From Candidatus Peregrinibacteria bacterium (GTDB taxonomy: Bacteria > Patescibacteriota > Gracilibacteria > UBA1369): a DNA stretch of 64,000 nucleotides. Both the position numbers and the translations under genes were made by a program. Every line of letters begins with the position of its first letter. Positions within the stretch are counted from its first letter, which is position 1. The stretch spans positions 768,001 through 832,000 of the forward strand of contig OY970195.1 in the NCBI GenBank assembly GCA_963708185.1, read 5' to 3'. Under the pieces are notes generated by a model that worked only from the letters and a program-made list of their open reading frames with translations, was not told where the DNA came from and ran no database searches. This document shows positions 37,070 through 47,860 of this stretch, piece after piece.

Positions 37070-40060
37070 TTATCGTATCTCGATCGGGTTTTCGGCCGCT
37101 TCACGGATAAACTGGAGGTAGAAGGTTTCCAGGTCTTCTTGTGACATCGCTTTTCCGTTTTCATAGCGGATGCGGATGGTATTTTCCATGTCCGACAGAA
37201 TGAAATCGAGCTTTTCGGCCTGTTCCGGGGCTCTGAAGAACAAATGTCCGAGCGCCTCACGGCAGATCGCCATCTGAAGCACAAGCTGGTTCCTCTGGAT
37301 TTTTCCCATGTCGGTATAGTCGGCATTGAGAAGTTTTTGATAACCTTCCTGAAGCGCCTGGGCTTTTTTGATGTCGTATTCCTTGAGAAATTCCTGTTCA
37401 GGAGTGTTGGGATTTTTCTGAAGGTCGCAAACCTGCATGAAATCACTCATCAAATGCATGAGTTTGTAGAACTTGTTGAACTGTCTGGTGAAATTTTCGG
37501 TACTGCATTCTTCGGTCAATGGGTTTGTCTCGATAAACGCCGTAAAATGTTCGCGGACGCGCGGATCAACCGCGTAAACAGTGTCTTCCGGGTCTTCAGG
37601 ATAGCAATGTTTGACCTCTTCATGGGCACGGATATCAAACATGACGTTCAGGACATGGAGGAATCTTTCGGCATATTTTTGCTGGAGTTCTTCCGTCTCA
37701 GCAGGCTTGAGGCCGTTGGCCAAAATGCGCGACTCTACTTTTTTGAGATATTCAACGTCCTTCAACCAGGCCGCGATAATGCCGTTGCGGGGGAGTTTCT
37801 CAAGGGTGGCGGCGAGCTGGGTTTTCTCGGCAAATTCATCGATGCGCTTGCGCAGAACGTAAATGTCGACGGAATTCTTATCGAGTATTGCATTATAATT
37901 CGTTTCAAAATCCTTGATGGAGTTGGCAAGGCGGACCAGTTTTTCGTACCCCGCACCGCGGAGCACTTCGTGATACCTTTTGGCTTTCAGGTTTATTTCC
38001 TGCTGGCGTTGGAATTCGCTGATGTCTTTCGTCAAAGCCGAAACCGCCTCCTTGAGCGTGTCGACGATTTCAATGTTCTGCAAACCCGGGACATATTCTT
38101 CGACATATCTTGCGCGGTTTTTTTTGTCCACGGCATATGAGAGGATATCCATTGCCGGGCGGATTCTGGTTCCGAGGGTATAGACCTCGCTTCGGAGTCG
38201 GGCCGCCTCTTCTTCGTGTGCGGCGATTTCGGGAAGAACCTGCTGTTTAGTGATGGAGTGGTCGAAGGTTCTGCCGATTTCGAAGAGCACGAGGGAAAAG
38301 ACGTCCTTGAGATCGTTGATGAAATCGTGAATGTCGTAGGAAAGCGTTATGGGACTATCCTGCTCTTTGTCATCCTCTTCGTTGATGAGGACGTTCTTGA
38401 CGCGGGTGGCGTTCAAGTTGCGGCGGGCGTCGCGAATGGAAAAGGCGAGCACGCTGGCCACGGTCCACATGGCGTTGGAAAGTTTGTCTTTCTGTTCGGC
38501 GATTTTCCGGTCATCGTCCGACTCGATGTCAGCGGCAGCCATCGCGGTGTCGTGGGTCAGTTTAATGACCTTGTCAGGACCGAGCCTGAACATCTGACTG
38601 TCTTCGTAACTGAGGGCAAGACCTGACGGAGGAATGCTTTCACGAAGCGTTGCCCCGAAGAAATCGTCTTCGTCGTTCGTCGCCTCTTCTCCCAGGTTGC
38701 CGTGATATTTTTCCGCGAGGATATTCAGTTCCGCCATCAGATTTTCCGTTTCCTGGAGAATGAGCGGACCGAGAAGAAGCATCTTCTTGGGGTAAATGAT
38801 GTGCTTCCCCGCTTCATTTTCCCCCACGGTATGCATGTTCCACATGTAATCTAGGTAGGAAAGAATCGTACTGATCTGGAAAAGCATTCTTTTGAGATCG
38901 GATTTGAGTTTCTCGTCGACAATGGCATTCACGGTATCTCCAATGGCTTTGTACCGTTGAATGCGGCGGCGTAAAACCTCACGATGACGTTTAACGATCA
39001 TCGGAGCCACCGGGTCGGGGAAAATATTGTTGAAAGAGTTGGTAAAAATCCTGATGATGTCGCGCCTTTTTTCGCGTTCCTCTTCAAGTCTTTTCTCACG
39101 TTCCTCGTCCGTTTCCTCTCCGTGAAAAAGTTTGCCCATTTTCATGGTGCCAAGCCAACGGAAGGTATCTTCCCAGCTTTTAATAAACTTCAAAAGCCGC
39201 TGGACTTCATTGAGTCCGAACATCTGGTCCGTCGGACGCATTCCGTGTTCAGGGCTCGGCGGAAAAATGCGGCGTAAACATTCCATGTTCGCCAAGGAGT
39301 TCACGACTTCCCGCAGGTCTTCGATCTTGAGTTCCTTGCTTATCCTGGTATCAGCGTTCTGTCCGTTGAGCACCTTCTGGCGGACTTTCGCAATGGTTTT
39401 CAAAGCATTTTTGAACTGTTCTTTTTCTTCTTCGTTCATTTGAAGTGCGGCAACCATTTTGGTCAGCGCCAATGATATCTGGTTCCTTTCAATCTTCTGG
39501 CCATTGGTACTTTCGCCCGTTTCACCGCTCTTGATGAGTGTGACCATGTCCACGGGGAAGGTTGTTTCGACGAGATCCATGAAATCCCTGTCAAAATGCG
39601 GGCGTACGCTCAGCGAAGCCGCTTCGTCGTCTTCGGTGAAGGTCGCTTTTTTCTGCTGAGCCACGAAAATACGAAGCAAATTGTAGGCGTTGATCAACTG
39701 GTCCAGGATCGGATTCGATCTCCTTTCCAGTTCCCTTCCCAAAAATTTCTTCGCCATGTTTTCCAGATCTTTTACCAGTTGTACCACTTCCTGGAACGAA
39801 AACCTTTCTCCGCTTCCTTCACCCGCGGAGAGCGCGATCATTTCGGGATTTTTGCAGATGGCCTGCAGAAGCTGGAAATGGTAGCCCATCGTTTCGTAGC
39901 ACTTTGTCTCTTCCAGATTCAGCTTATCCATCCATTCGGCATAGGATTCTTTTTCCTTGTTTCCCAAACGGTTGCGGAAGTACGCTCCGACGTCGAAATG
40001 TCTTTCACGGGCGCCTTGGTCTATTTTCGCTTCAATAAGGTCTTTTTCCGGTGTTTCCAT
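37070..40060 (-). CDS. Hypothetical 996-aa acidic/basic helical protein
   Basis: Long uninterrupted ORF; no signal peptide, TM segment or recognisable motif. Confidence 0.8.
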   Translation of the reverse strand: METPEKDLIEAKIDQGARERHFDVGAYFRNRLGNKEKESYAEWMDKLNLEETKCYETMGYHFQLLQAICKNPEMIALSAGEGSGERFSFQEVVQLVKDLENMAKKFLGRELERRSNPILDQLINAYNLLRIFVAQQKKATFTEDDEAASLSVRPHFDRDFMDLVETTFPVDMVTLIKSGETGESTNGQKIERNQISLALTKMVAALQMNEEEKEQFKNALKTIAKVRQKVLNGQNADTRISKELKIEDLREVVNSLANMECLRRIFPPSPEHGMRPTDQMFGLNEVQRLLKFIKSWEDTFRWLGTMKMGKLFHGEETDEEREKRLEEEREKRRDIIRIFTNSFNNIFPDPVAPMIVKRHREVLRRRIQRYKAIGDTVNAIVDEKLKSDLKRMLFQISTILSYLDYMWNMHTVGENEAGKHIIYPKKMLLLGPLILQETENLMAELNILAEKYHGNLGEEATNDEDDFFGATLRESIPPSGLALSYEDSQMFRLGPDKVIKLTHDTAMAAADIESDDDRKIAEQKDKLSNAMWTVASVLAFSIRDARRNLNATRVKNVLINEEDDKEQDSPITLSYDIHDFINDLKDVFSLVLFEIGRTFDHSITKQQVLPEIAAHEEEAARLRSEVYTLGTRIRPAMDILSYAVDKKNRARYVEEYVPGLQNIEIVDTLKEAVSALTKDISEFQRQQEINLKAKRYHEVLRGAGYEKLVRLANSIKDFETNYNAILDKNSVDIYVLRKRIDEFAEKTQLAATLEKLPRNGIIAAWLKDVEYLKKVESRILANGLKPAETEELQQKYAERFLHVLNVMFDIRAHEEVKHCYPEDPEDTVYAVDPRVREHFTAFIETNPLTEECSTENFTRQFNKFYKLMHLMSDFMQVCDLQKNPNTPEQEFLKEYDIKKAQALQEGYQKLLNADYTDMGKIQRNQLVLQMAICREALGHLFFRAPEQAEKLDFILSDMENTIRIRYENGKAMSQEDLETFYLQFIREAAENPIEIR

Positions 40061-40188
40061 GGTTTTTTTATAAATTCAGGAGTGGCAATTTAACATAATT
40101 CTCTTTTTCCGTCAAATCTTTTCCCGGCGTCATGCTGATTTCATGATATTATAAGCTGGATTTTTCTTAAGGATTACACAAAAAACTC

Positions 40189-40883
40189 ATGAGCTCGTTG
40201 TTTATCGTAGCCCACCGCGGGGGAAAAGGCCCTTATGAGGAAAATACTCTGCAAGCGTTACAATACGGGCTTGAACAATGCGGTAACGCCGTGGAAATGG
40301 ACGTCAGGTTCGACCATTTGCGGAAAAGATTTTACCTGGAACACGACTTTTTGCATGCTCCCAGGAAAAACCACAATGTGATCGATAAAGTCATCCCCTT
40401 CCTGCCGACGACGGCAACGCTTTTCGTCGAGCTGAAAACCCTTTACTGGCTTCGACGGAAATATACGCTGCGTTTCCTTAAAATCATTGAGCAGTTCGCG
40501 CTCGATAAACGTGCGATCATCATGTCGTTCAACCCTTTCGTCCTCGTCCAGCTCAAAAGCCGGGCCCCTACCTCCAGGTCGGATTTCTCATGAACAGCCG
40601 CATCTGGGGTTTTATTTTCAGACGCTGGGTTTACTGGCTCCTGAGGCCGCAGTATATTATGCTCAACAGGCACTTTTTCCGTAAGAAAAAGTTTCTGGAG
40701 CGGATGCTGGTTTTTGCCCGTAAGCATAAGATCAAGGTTCTTACCTTTACCGCGAACAGCCCCGAGGACTGGTATAATGCCCTCGAGTATAAACTGAACG
40801 GGGTCATTACCGATTATCCCAAAGAGGCTTGTGAAATACTGACCAAACATACGGGGGTCGCTCAAGGGGCACATCATTCATAA
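40189..40883 (+). CDS. Glycerophosphodiester phosphodiesterase family protein, split by a 1-nt frameshift at about 40562-40568
   Basis: AHRGG..ENTL..EMDVR..HD..VELK..MSFN in ORF1; FTAN..GVITDYP in ORF2; adding one C gives KSRAPYLQVGFLMNS. Confidence 0.85.
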
Positions 40884-40894
40884 TTCGCTTTCCT

Positions 40895-41653
40895 ATGTCC
40901 GGACATTCCAAATGGCATTCCATCAAGCATAAAAAGGCCGCCGAGGACGCGAAAAAAGGCAAAATTTTCACCAAACACGCCAAGCTTATCGCCATTGCGG
41001 CCAGAAACGGCGGTGATCCGAACATGAATCCTTCTTTGCGCCTGGCCATAGATAACGCGCGCGCCGAAAACATGCCGAGGGAAAATATCGACCGCGCCAT
41101 TAAAAAAGGCACCGGCGAGGGTAAAGACGCCGTGGTGATGGAGGAGATTTTCTATGAAGGGTTCGGGCCTGGCGGCGCGGCACTCTATATTGAAACGCTC
41201 ACCGACAACCGAAACCGCACTCTTACCAACGTGAAGCATATTTTCACCAAACATGGAGGAAACTTCGGTTCCGCCGGAACGGTAGGATACCTGTTCAAGA
41301 AAAAGGGCGTCATCAACGTCAACATCGCCGAAGCCGGCAAAAATGAGGAAGAGATCGAGCTTGCGGCCATCGACGCCGGCGCCGAAGACGTGGTGAGCGA
41401 CGGGGAACTCGTGACGATCTATACGGAGCCGACCGCGGTGATGAAGGTCAAGGCCTCGCTTGAAGGCGCCGGCGTCAAGGTTGGATCGGCTTCACAAACT
41501 TATATTCCGCAGACCACGGTCAAGATCGAAAATGCGGAAGTCGCAAAACAATTACTGAAACTCGTTGACCTCATTGAAGAAGACGAGGACGTTTCCGAAG
41601 TGCACGGCAACTTTGACATTGCCGAGGAGATTCTTGAAAAACTTGGAAGCTGA
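40895..41653 (+). CDS. yebC: YebC/PmpR family protein
   Basis: MSGHSKWHSIKHKK..YEGFGPGG..TDNRNRT..DEDV..VHGN. Confidence 0.96.
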   Translation: MSGHSKWHSIKHKKAAEDAKKGKIFTKHAKLIAIAARNGGDPNMNPSLRLAIDNARAENMPRENIDRAIKKGTGEGKDAVVMEEIFYEGFGPGGAALYIETLTDNRNRTLTNVKHIFTKHGGNFGSAGTVGYLFKKKGVINVNIAEAGKNEEEIELAAIDAGAEDVVSDGELVTIYTEPTAVMKVKASLEGAGVKVGSASQTYIPQTTVKIENAEVAKQLLKLVDLIEEDEDVSEVHGNFDIAEEILEKLGS

Positions 41654-41658
41654 AAGGT

Positions 41659-43137
41659 TTATTTCTCGAATTTGTAAGTCACCCCTTCATCAAGATTGAA
41701 GATATCCGAATCGCCGGAGACGGCTTTGCGCATGATGACGTCGGTGAAGCTTTCTTCTTCGGTGGAAGCGCGGGTGGATTTCCCTGAAGTTTGTTTTGTT
41801 GATTTCTGGACTTCGGCTTTGGGATCAGGTTTCTTGGTCTGTTTTTCGACGGGTTTCTTTTCAGGTTTTGGCGAAGTTTTTTCGATCTGCATGGCGTTCA
41901 GTTTGGGGACAAACATTTTTTCGATCATGGATTTTTCATCGACGGCGGTGGTTTCCTGCGTTTCCGTCTGTTCCCTTCCCGTTGTCTTGAGGCGTTGCTG
42001 CTGATAGGCCCGGATTTTTTCGACAACCATCTGTTCGACTCCCGGAAGATCATCACTCTTGATTTTAAAACCCGCCGCCTGGACGTGCCCGCCACCGCCG
42101 AACATTTCGGCAATGACGCTGGCGTCGATTGACGGGTTGAGCGTACGAAGGCTGCCCCCGATGTAGCCGTCGTTGCGGTGCTTGAGAATGAGGACGATTT
42201 CCGTTCCCGGAGCGTTGGTCATGAGTTCGTCGATAATGCCGCCGGTTTCATCGTCGCGCGCGCCGGTTTCCGAAAAATCCTTTCTGCTGATGATCGCCCA
42301 GACGAAATGGTTCGCCGAATCGACTTTGATGTTGCTGAGGATGCGGCCCCACAGACGGAGCATGGAAAGCCGTTTGGTCTTGAAGACATGTTGGATGATT
42401 TCCTGCTGACGCGCGCCGTATTTGACGAGATGCGCCGCCGCGGCGAACGATTTCGGCGTGGTGTTGGCGTTCTGGAAACTTCCGGTATCGGTAATGATTC
42501 CGGCAAGAAGCAGCGTCGCGACGTCCTCGTCCATGAGGTTCTTACCGGTGCGGCGTTCAAGATCCTCGACCAGCGGGATGAGAATTTCCGTGGTTGCCGA
42601 TGCCATAATGTCGACGTAGTTGATTTTTCCAAACTGGCCGTTGGAAGCGTGATGGTCGATGTTGATGAGCGGAATCTGGGTAAACAGTTCGGTGTTATCC
42701 TCATAAAATCTTCCCAGCTGAGAAAGGTCTCCGGTGTCGACGGTAATAATAAGGTCGTATTTGCTGGGGCCGTGGCTGAACGACACTTCTTCCGCAGAGA
42801 ATTGGCCTTTTTTGGCAGTGACGATGATATTGACTTTGTTGGGTTCGATTTTGGCGCGAAGTGCGTCGATTTTGTTCTTTTCACAATCCAGGGTCACGAT
42901 AAAATCGTTGCCGGGAGCGAATTCATGGTTGATGACGTTTGTCGTCGGCAAAAACTCGAAAGCATCGGGGACCGGTTCGGCACTGACCACGGTGACGTCC
43001 TTCTCCAGTTTTTTTAACGTCAGATAAAGCGCCAACGCGCTGCCCAAAGAGTCTCCGTCCGCCGGGGCCGAAGGCATGACCAGAATATGTTCGCTTCGGA
43101 GAATGACATCGATGATTTGTTGGCGGATTTTTTCCAT
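41659..43137 (-). CDS. nrnA: DHH/DHHA1 phosphoesterase (NrnA-like) with an insertion and a charged C-terminal tail
   Basis: DGDSLGS, TVD, NIDHH, GIITDTGSF, GSLR, FGGGGH..AAG. Confidence 0.88.
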   Translation of the reverse strand: MEKIRQQIIDVILRSEHILVMPSAPADGDSLGSALALYLTLKKLEKDVTVVSAEPVPDAFEFLPTTNVINHEFAPGNDFIVTLDCEKNKIDALRAKIEPNKVNIIVTAKKGQFSAEEVSFSHGPSKYDLIITVDTGDLSQLGRFYEDNTELFTQIPLINIDHHASNGQFGKINYVDIMASATTEILIPLVEDLERRTGKNLMDEDVATLLLAGIITDTGSFQNANTTPKSFAAAAHLVKYGARQQEIIQHVFKTKRLSMLRLWGRILSNIKVDSANHFVWAIISRKDFSETGARDDETGGIIDELMTNAPGTEIVLILKHRNDGYIGGSLRTLNPSIDASVIAEMFGGGGHVQAAGFKIKSDDLPGVEQMVVEKIRAYQQQRLKTTGREQTETQETTAVDEKSMIEKMFVPKLNAMQIEKTSPKPEKKPVEKQTKKPDPKAEVQKSTKQTSGKSTRASTEEESFTDVIMRKAVSGDSDIFNLDEGVTYKFEK

Positions 43138-43337
43138 GGAATCGGGGAAGGATTGAAAAATACAGATTCAGAAATATCTGTAAATTATACGATATTTTTA
43201 CTATTCAGTCAATTTACAGCAAACAATCGAACAGAAGGCACAACTTTATCAAAGGGCCGTTGCATCCGCAAGGTAAAATCCATAAACTCCTTCCCTGAAA
43301 CTCTTGCCCCTCCATGGGGCTTAAAGTAAGGTAGCCT

Positions 43338-44405
43338 ATGCACATCATTCATCATCTTCACGTGCCAACTTCACGACCAACCGTGCATCCTCAACGAGCG
43401 ACCGCTGCTTCGATACGTGAAGCCGCCGAGTTTCTTGCCCGCGGAAAAATCGTGGCTTTCCCGACGGAAACCGTTTACGGCCTTGGCGCCAACGCTTTGG
43501 ACGCACGGGCCGTTGCGAAAATTTTCAAGGCGAAGGGCAGGCCATCGGACAATCCCCTCATCGTGCACATCGCTACGATGAAGGAACTTCACATGGTCGC
43601 GAAGGATGTTCCAGCCGTGGCCGAAAAGCTCATGAAAAGATTCTGGCCCGGACCGCTGACTTTCGTGTTGCACAAAAAGAGCGGCGTTCCTTCCATCGTC
43701 ACCGCTGGAGGAAATACCGTTGCCGTACGAATGCCGGGACACAAGGTCGCACTCGCTCTCATCAAAGCCGCCGGCTGCCCTGTCGCGGCGCCTTCGGCGA
43801 ACCTTGCCGGCAAACCGAGCCCGACAACGGCGGCTCACGTCGCCGACGACCTGGGGAAAAACGCGGACATGATTCTCGACGGCGGACGGACGCGCCACGG
43901 TCTGGAATCCACGGTGGTGGATCTCACCGGGCGACGCGTCGAGATCTTGCGGAGCGGTGCCGTCACCGCGGAGATGCTTGAAAAAGTTCTCGGGTATCGA
44001 CCGAAGACCGTTTCTTCCAGCAACGAAAAAGTCCGTTCTCCCGGCATGAAATACCGGCATTACGCCCCGAGCGTCCCGCTTTTTTTGATCGGTTCGACGA
44101 ACGGAAAAAAAATGATGCTTCTGTTGCAGAAAAAAATTCTCGGTTTTGAAAAGAAAAAAAAACGGGTCGGGATTCTGTGCGTCAAAGAACATAAATCCGC
44201 CTACTCTTCCTATTCCTGCGTAAAAAAAATCGTGGTGTGCGGTTCAATGAAAGCTCCCAGAACTTTTGCCAAACATCTCTACGGTTCCCTGAGATCATTC
44301 GATAAAACCAACGTCGACGTCATTCTCGCGGAAAACGTCGGTTCGCGAGGAATCGGTACCGCCGTCTTCGACCGGCTTCGGCGGGCCTCCAGCAAAGTCC
44401 TTTAA
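43338..44405 (+). CDS. sua5: Threonylcarbamoyl-AMP synthase, Sua5 type
   Basis: FPTETVYGLGA, KGRPSDNPLIVH, FWPGPLT, AAPSAN, ESTVVD, SPGMKYRHYAP, DRL.RAS. Confidence 0.95.
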   Translation: MHIIHHLHVPTSRPTVHPQRATAASIREAAEFLARGKIVAFPTETVYGLGANALDARAVAKIFKAKGRPSDNPLIVHIATMKELHMVAKDVPAVAEKLMKRFWPGPLTFVLHKKSGVPSIVTAGGNTVAVRMPGHKVALALIKAAGCPVAAPSANLAGKPSPTTAAHVADDLGKNADMILDGGRTRHGLESTVVDLTGRRVEILRSGAVTAEMLEKVLGYRPKTVSSSNEKVRSPGMKYRHYAPSVPLFLIGSTNGKKMMLLLQKKILGFEKKKKRVGILCVKEHKSAYSSYSCVKKIVVCGSMKAPRTFAKHLYGSLRSFDKTNVDVILAENVGSRGIGTAVFDRLRRASSKVL

Positions 44406-46093
44406 CTTTGCGACGGATTGAAATCGATCGCCCGGAACTGGATCTGGTGGCGCCCCTTCCACTCATTTCTGTCGAGATAACATGCGATATCCACACTCGG
44501 GCTTTGCGCTATCTGGTCAGCAAATTCACCCATCCTGTAAGCGATGGTCGAGAATTTCTTAAATCCGGTCTGTGCCTGGAAAGAGATGTGGTTGTTTTCC
44601 TTGCCCACTCTTCTCAGAAAATTATGTTTGGCATTCCTGACCAGGAACAACGGCTGTTCGTTCCCCACTCCGAACGGCTCCATCTGATCCATGAATTTCA
44701 TGAGGCTTTCATTGATCTCTTCGGGTTTGATTTCGCAGTCAATGTTTAACGTGGGGACCTTTTCGGTTTCAACGACGTTTTTATCGGCATACGCTTCCAT
44801 GTTTCTGGCAAAATCCTCGAGGCGGTCCTTGCGGATGTTGAATCCCGCTGCCTGGGCGTGGCCGCCGAAATGCTCAAGATAATCGCGGTTGGCCGTGAGC
44901 GCGTCGACGACATTGAAACTTTCGGGGCTGCGCGCGGAAGCCACGAGATAATCACCGAAATCCTGGAGAATCATCGCGGGTACGCCGTATTTTTCCGAGA
45001 TTTTTCCGGCGATGAGTCCCAAAATTCCCACGTGCCAGTCAGGGCTCCAGGCCACGAAAATTTTGTTGGAGCGGCGGTCGCTGTATTGTTCTTCCGCTTC
45101 CTTCATGGCTTTGAGCACCATTTGCTGGCGTTCATGATTCAGTTTTTCCAGATGTTGGGCAAGCAGTTTTCCTTTCTCCTCGTCATCGCTGAGCAAAAGT
45201 TGGAGGGCGTAGTACGGATGGTCGATGCGACCCGCCGCATTGATGCGCGGGCCGATTTTGAAGCCGATGGTTCCGATGTTCAGTTTTTCGTCCGGCTGGA
45301 TTCCCGCAAGTTCCTTGAGATAACGAAGCCCGCTCCAACGGGTGTTTTTCAGCGCTTCCAGTCCGTATTTGACGATGATGCGGTTTTCGTCACGGATCGG
45401 GCCGATATCGGCGACCGTTCCCATGCTCGCGAGGTCGAGAAGGGCATAGAGGTACTCGTCGCGTTCATCGCTGCCGAAGTGGTCGGTGATGAGTGCCGAA
45501 GCCAGTTTGTACGCCACTCCCGCGCCGGTCAGTCCCTTGAACGGATATTCATCGCCGGGCTGGAGGGAATGCAAAATGGCGTAAGCCTTGTCCGGTATTT
45601 CTTCTGGAATGGTGTGGTGGTCGGTGATGATGACGTCGATGCCGTAATTGTGGGCCAGTGCGATCTGGCTTTTGCAGGAAATTCCGCAATCCACGGTGAT
45701 GACAACATTCACTCCGAGTTTGATGAACTCCTCGATAAAAGCGTTGCTTAAACCATAACCGTCTTTGACTCGATGCGGCAGGCGGTATGAAACCTTCCCT
45801 CCCATGACATTGATGGTGTGATAAATAATAGCCGTCCCGCTGATGCCGTCGACGTCGTAGTCACCGAAGACCATGATCTTCTCGTTGCGCTGGACGGCTT
45901 TCTTGATGCGGTCCACAGCTTTATCCATATCCTTCATCAAAAACGGGTTGTGGAACCCTTTTTTGTAGTTCGGATAAAGATAGGATTGAATCTCGTTCTG
46001 GTCTTTCAGCCCCCTGTTGACGAGGAGTTTTTCCGTGATGTCGAGATGAGGATCCTGATTTTTAATCTGCCAACTTTTCTTGAGAACTGACAC
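44402..46093 (-). CDS. recJ: ssDNA exonuclease RecJ
   Basis: Likely GTG start (MSVLKKSW); GDYDVDG, GYGL, TVDCG, ITDHH, GAGVA, GTVAD, PRINAAGR, GGH.AAG, PFGVGN. Confidence 0.95.
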   Translation of the reverse strand: MSVLKKSWQIKNQDPHLDITEKLLVNRGLKDQNEIQSYLYPNYKKGFHNPFLMKDMDKAVDRIKKAVQRNEKIMVFGDYDVDGISGTAIIYHTINVMGGKVSYRLPHRVKDGYGLSNAFIEEFIKLGVNVVITVDCGISCKSQIALAHNYGIDVIITDHHTIPEEIPDKAYAILHSLQPGDEYPFKGLTGAGVAYKLASALITDHFGSDERDEYLYALLDLASMGTVADIGPIRDENRIIVKYGLEALKNTRWSGLRYLKELAGIQPDEKLNIGTIGFKIGPRINAAGRIDHPYYALQLLLSDDEEKGKLLAQHLEKLNHERQQMVLKAMKEAEEQYSDRRSNKIFVAWSPDWHVGILGLIAGKISEKYGVPAMILQDFGDYLVASARSPESFNVVDALTANRDYLEHFGGHAQAAGFNIRKDRLEDFARNMEAYADKNVVETEKVPTLNIDCEIKPEEINESLMKFMDQMEPFGVGNEQPLFLVRNAKHNFLRRVGKENNHISFQAQTGFKKFSTIAYRMGEFADQIAQSPSVDIACYLDRNEWKGRHQIQFRAIDFNPSQS

Positions 46094-47038
46094 GGGATAA
46101 AGATTGAGATAATAGATACGATTCAAGCTCTTCGCCCTTGACCCAGTGAACGTCTTCATACCTCCTAAACCAGGTTAACTGTCTCTTGGCGTAATTGCGA
46201 GTGTTTTTTTTGATTTCCTCGACGGCTTCCTGCAACGTACAATTTCCCTTTATAGAGGAGATGATTTCCTGGTAACCGATCGAGGTCATCGCGGGGATCC
46301 TTTCGTCATAGCCGCGCATAAGCAGCGTTTTGACTTCGTTGACAAGTCCTTTACTGATCAGTTCGTCGACGCGCGAGTTGATCCTTTCGTATAAAATATC
46401 ACGGGGCCAGTCGATTCCGACAGAAAAAACTTCGTAGATCGGTTCGGCTTTTTGATCCACTTTCGGGGTATTGCCCGCAATATTGATTTCAAGCGCACGA
46501 ATCACATACCGAACATTGTTCGGATGGATACGTGCGGCTGCTGCCGGATCTTTTTCCTGGAGAATGCGATACAGCTCGGCGGCACCGTATTTTCCATAAA
46601 ACTGCTGGAGTTGATAACGTAAATCGTGCTGCGGCGGGATGCGAGGGATCTGGTAGTTCTGCAGTACCGTATTAAGGTACAGTCCGGTTCCTCCGGCTAA
46701 TATCGGCACGTGCCTGCGGCGGAGTATTTCCTCGATCGATTTGAGGGCCAGTCTTTTAAAATCGGCAACCGTGAACTCCTGGTCGGGCCGAGTTCGTCGA
46801 TGAGATGATGAGGGATGCCGTCCTGCTGAGCCTGGGTCACTTTATCGGTCCCGATATCCATATATTTGTAGATCTGTCGGGAATCCGCGGATATGATTTC
46901 CCCGTTGAAAAGTTTTGCGATGCGCAAGCTCATGGCGGTTTTCCCGACTGCCGTGGCACCTAAAACGACCACCAGCGGTTTTTTTCTTTCCGCCGTCGTC
47001 CGGTCCAGAAACTCCGATAATTGTTGAAATATTTCCAT
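46062..47038 (-). CDS. miaA: tRNA dimethylallyltransferase, split by a 1-nt frameshift at about 46785-46789
   Basis: [28 protein letters not shown] then (+1 base) [33 protein letters not shown]. Confidence 0.92.
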
Positions 47039-47191
47039 AAAGGCTTCAAGGATGTACAGTCCTCTTGCGTGTCAACCTAGTAAAGGAGTGTAAACTTGTC
47101 TCTGAGTGAAGGCAATGTTAAATTTTCTCTGTAATACTTTCTCAAATTTACGGTTCTTCTTCCTATAATAATACTATTTTTCATCACTCAC

Positions 47192-47773
47192 ATGAAAAAA
47201 ATCACATCTTATTTCATTGGTTTTTCAGTCTTCACCATGGTACTCGGCGGTTGCGCGCAGGAATCAAACCCCGGGAACCCTTCCAGCTTAAGCCAGGAAA
47301 ACGGTTCAACCACCCAGGCGGTTCAGACGCTCGGTCCTTTGAGTTACAACACAGGAAGTCCCGATGTTCTCGTCAACATCGACTTCAAACGTGCTTCCGA
47401 TTTCTGGACTCCGGACGATCTTCTGGCGAATGCCCAGGAATGCGGGGATGCCAAGGATCTCCAATACTATTCAGATCTTCTCGCCAAGTTTCAAAACCAG
47501 ACGATACAGGTCTATAACTTCAAACCCAAAGACGCCCCTCAAGAAGCTTACCAGGTGTTGCTTGTTCCAAACGCCGGCGGGTACACCAATATCGAGAACT
47601 TCAAAAAAGATTTCGACATGTGCGCGGCCGGGGGAATATACCCCGATAAGGTAAGTTCCAATTGGCTGGTTTTCCAGGGTGCCTGCGGCGGTATTGGCGA
47701 AGACAACCCACCTCCGGTCACCTGTAACGATATTCAGACCGCTGTTTCGAACAGCCTCACCATCAATCAGTAA
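47192..47773 (+). CDS. Cys-containing lipoprotein of unknown function
   Basis: MKKITS..LGGC lipobox; FKKDFDMCAAGG.YP..WL.F..C motif. Confidence 0.75.
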   Translation: MKKITSYFIGFSVFTMVLGGCAQESNPGNPSSLSQENGSTTQAVQTLGPLSYNTGSPDVLVNIDFKRASDFWTPDDLLANAQECGDAKDLQYYSDLLAKFQNQTIQVYNFKPKDAPQEAYQVLLVPNAGGYTNIENFKKDFDMCAAGGIYPDKVSSNWLVFQGACGGIGEDNPPPVTCNDIQTAVSNSLTINQ

Positions 47774-47824
47774 AAATTTTTGCACCCGATTTCGTTCATT
47801 GATCCGCCGGACAGCCAAATGCTG

Positions 47825-47853
47825 TTGACTGCCCGGCGGATTTTCGGTAGATT
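47825..47853 (+). promoter_or_regulatory. Sigma70 promoter for rplJ-rplL (TTGACT-17-TAGATT)
   Basis: TTGACT 47825-47830, TAGATT 47848-47853. Confidence 0.65.
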
Positions 47854-47860
47854 TCTCACG

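Noticed and set aside
46062-46159. 98-bp miaA/recJ overlap
   Set aside because: The recJ start is more plausibly GTG 46093 (MSVLKKSW), leaving an ordinary short overlap.
40562-46789. Programmed ribosomal frameshifting or true pseudogenes for GDPD and miaA
   Set aside because: There is no slippery heptamer or stimulatory structure, both halves are conserved, and the shared CGGGCC context points to consensus error.
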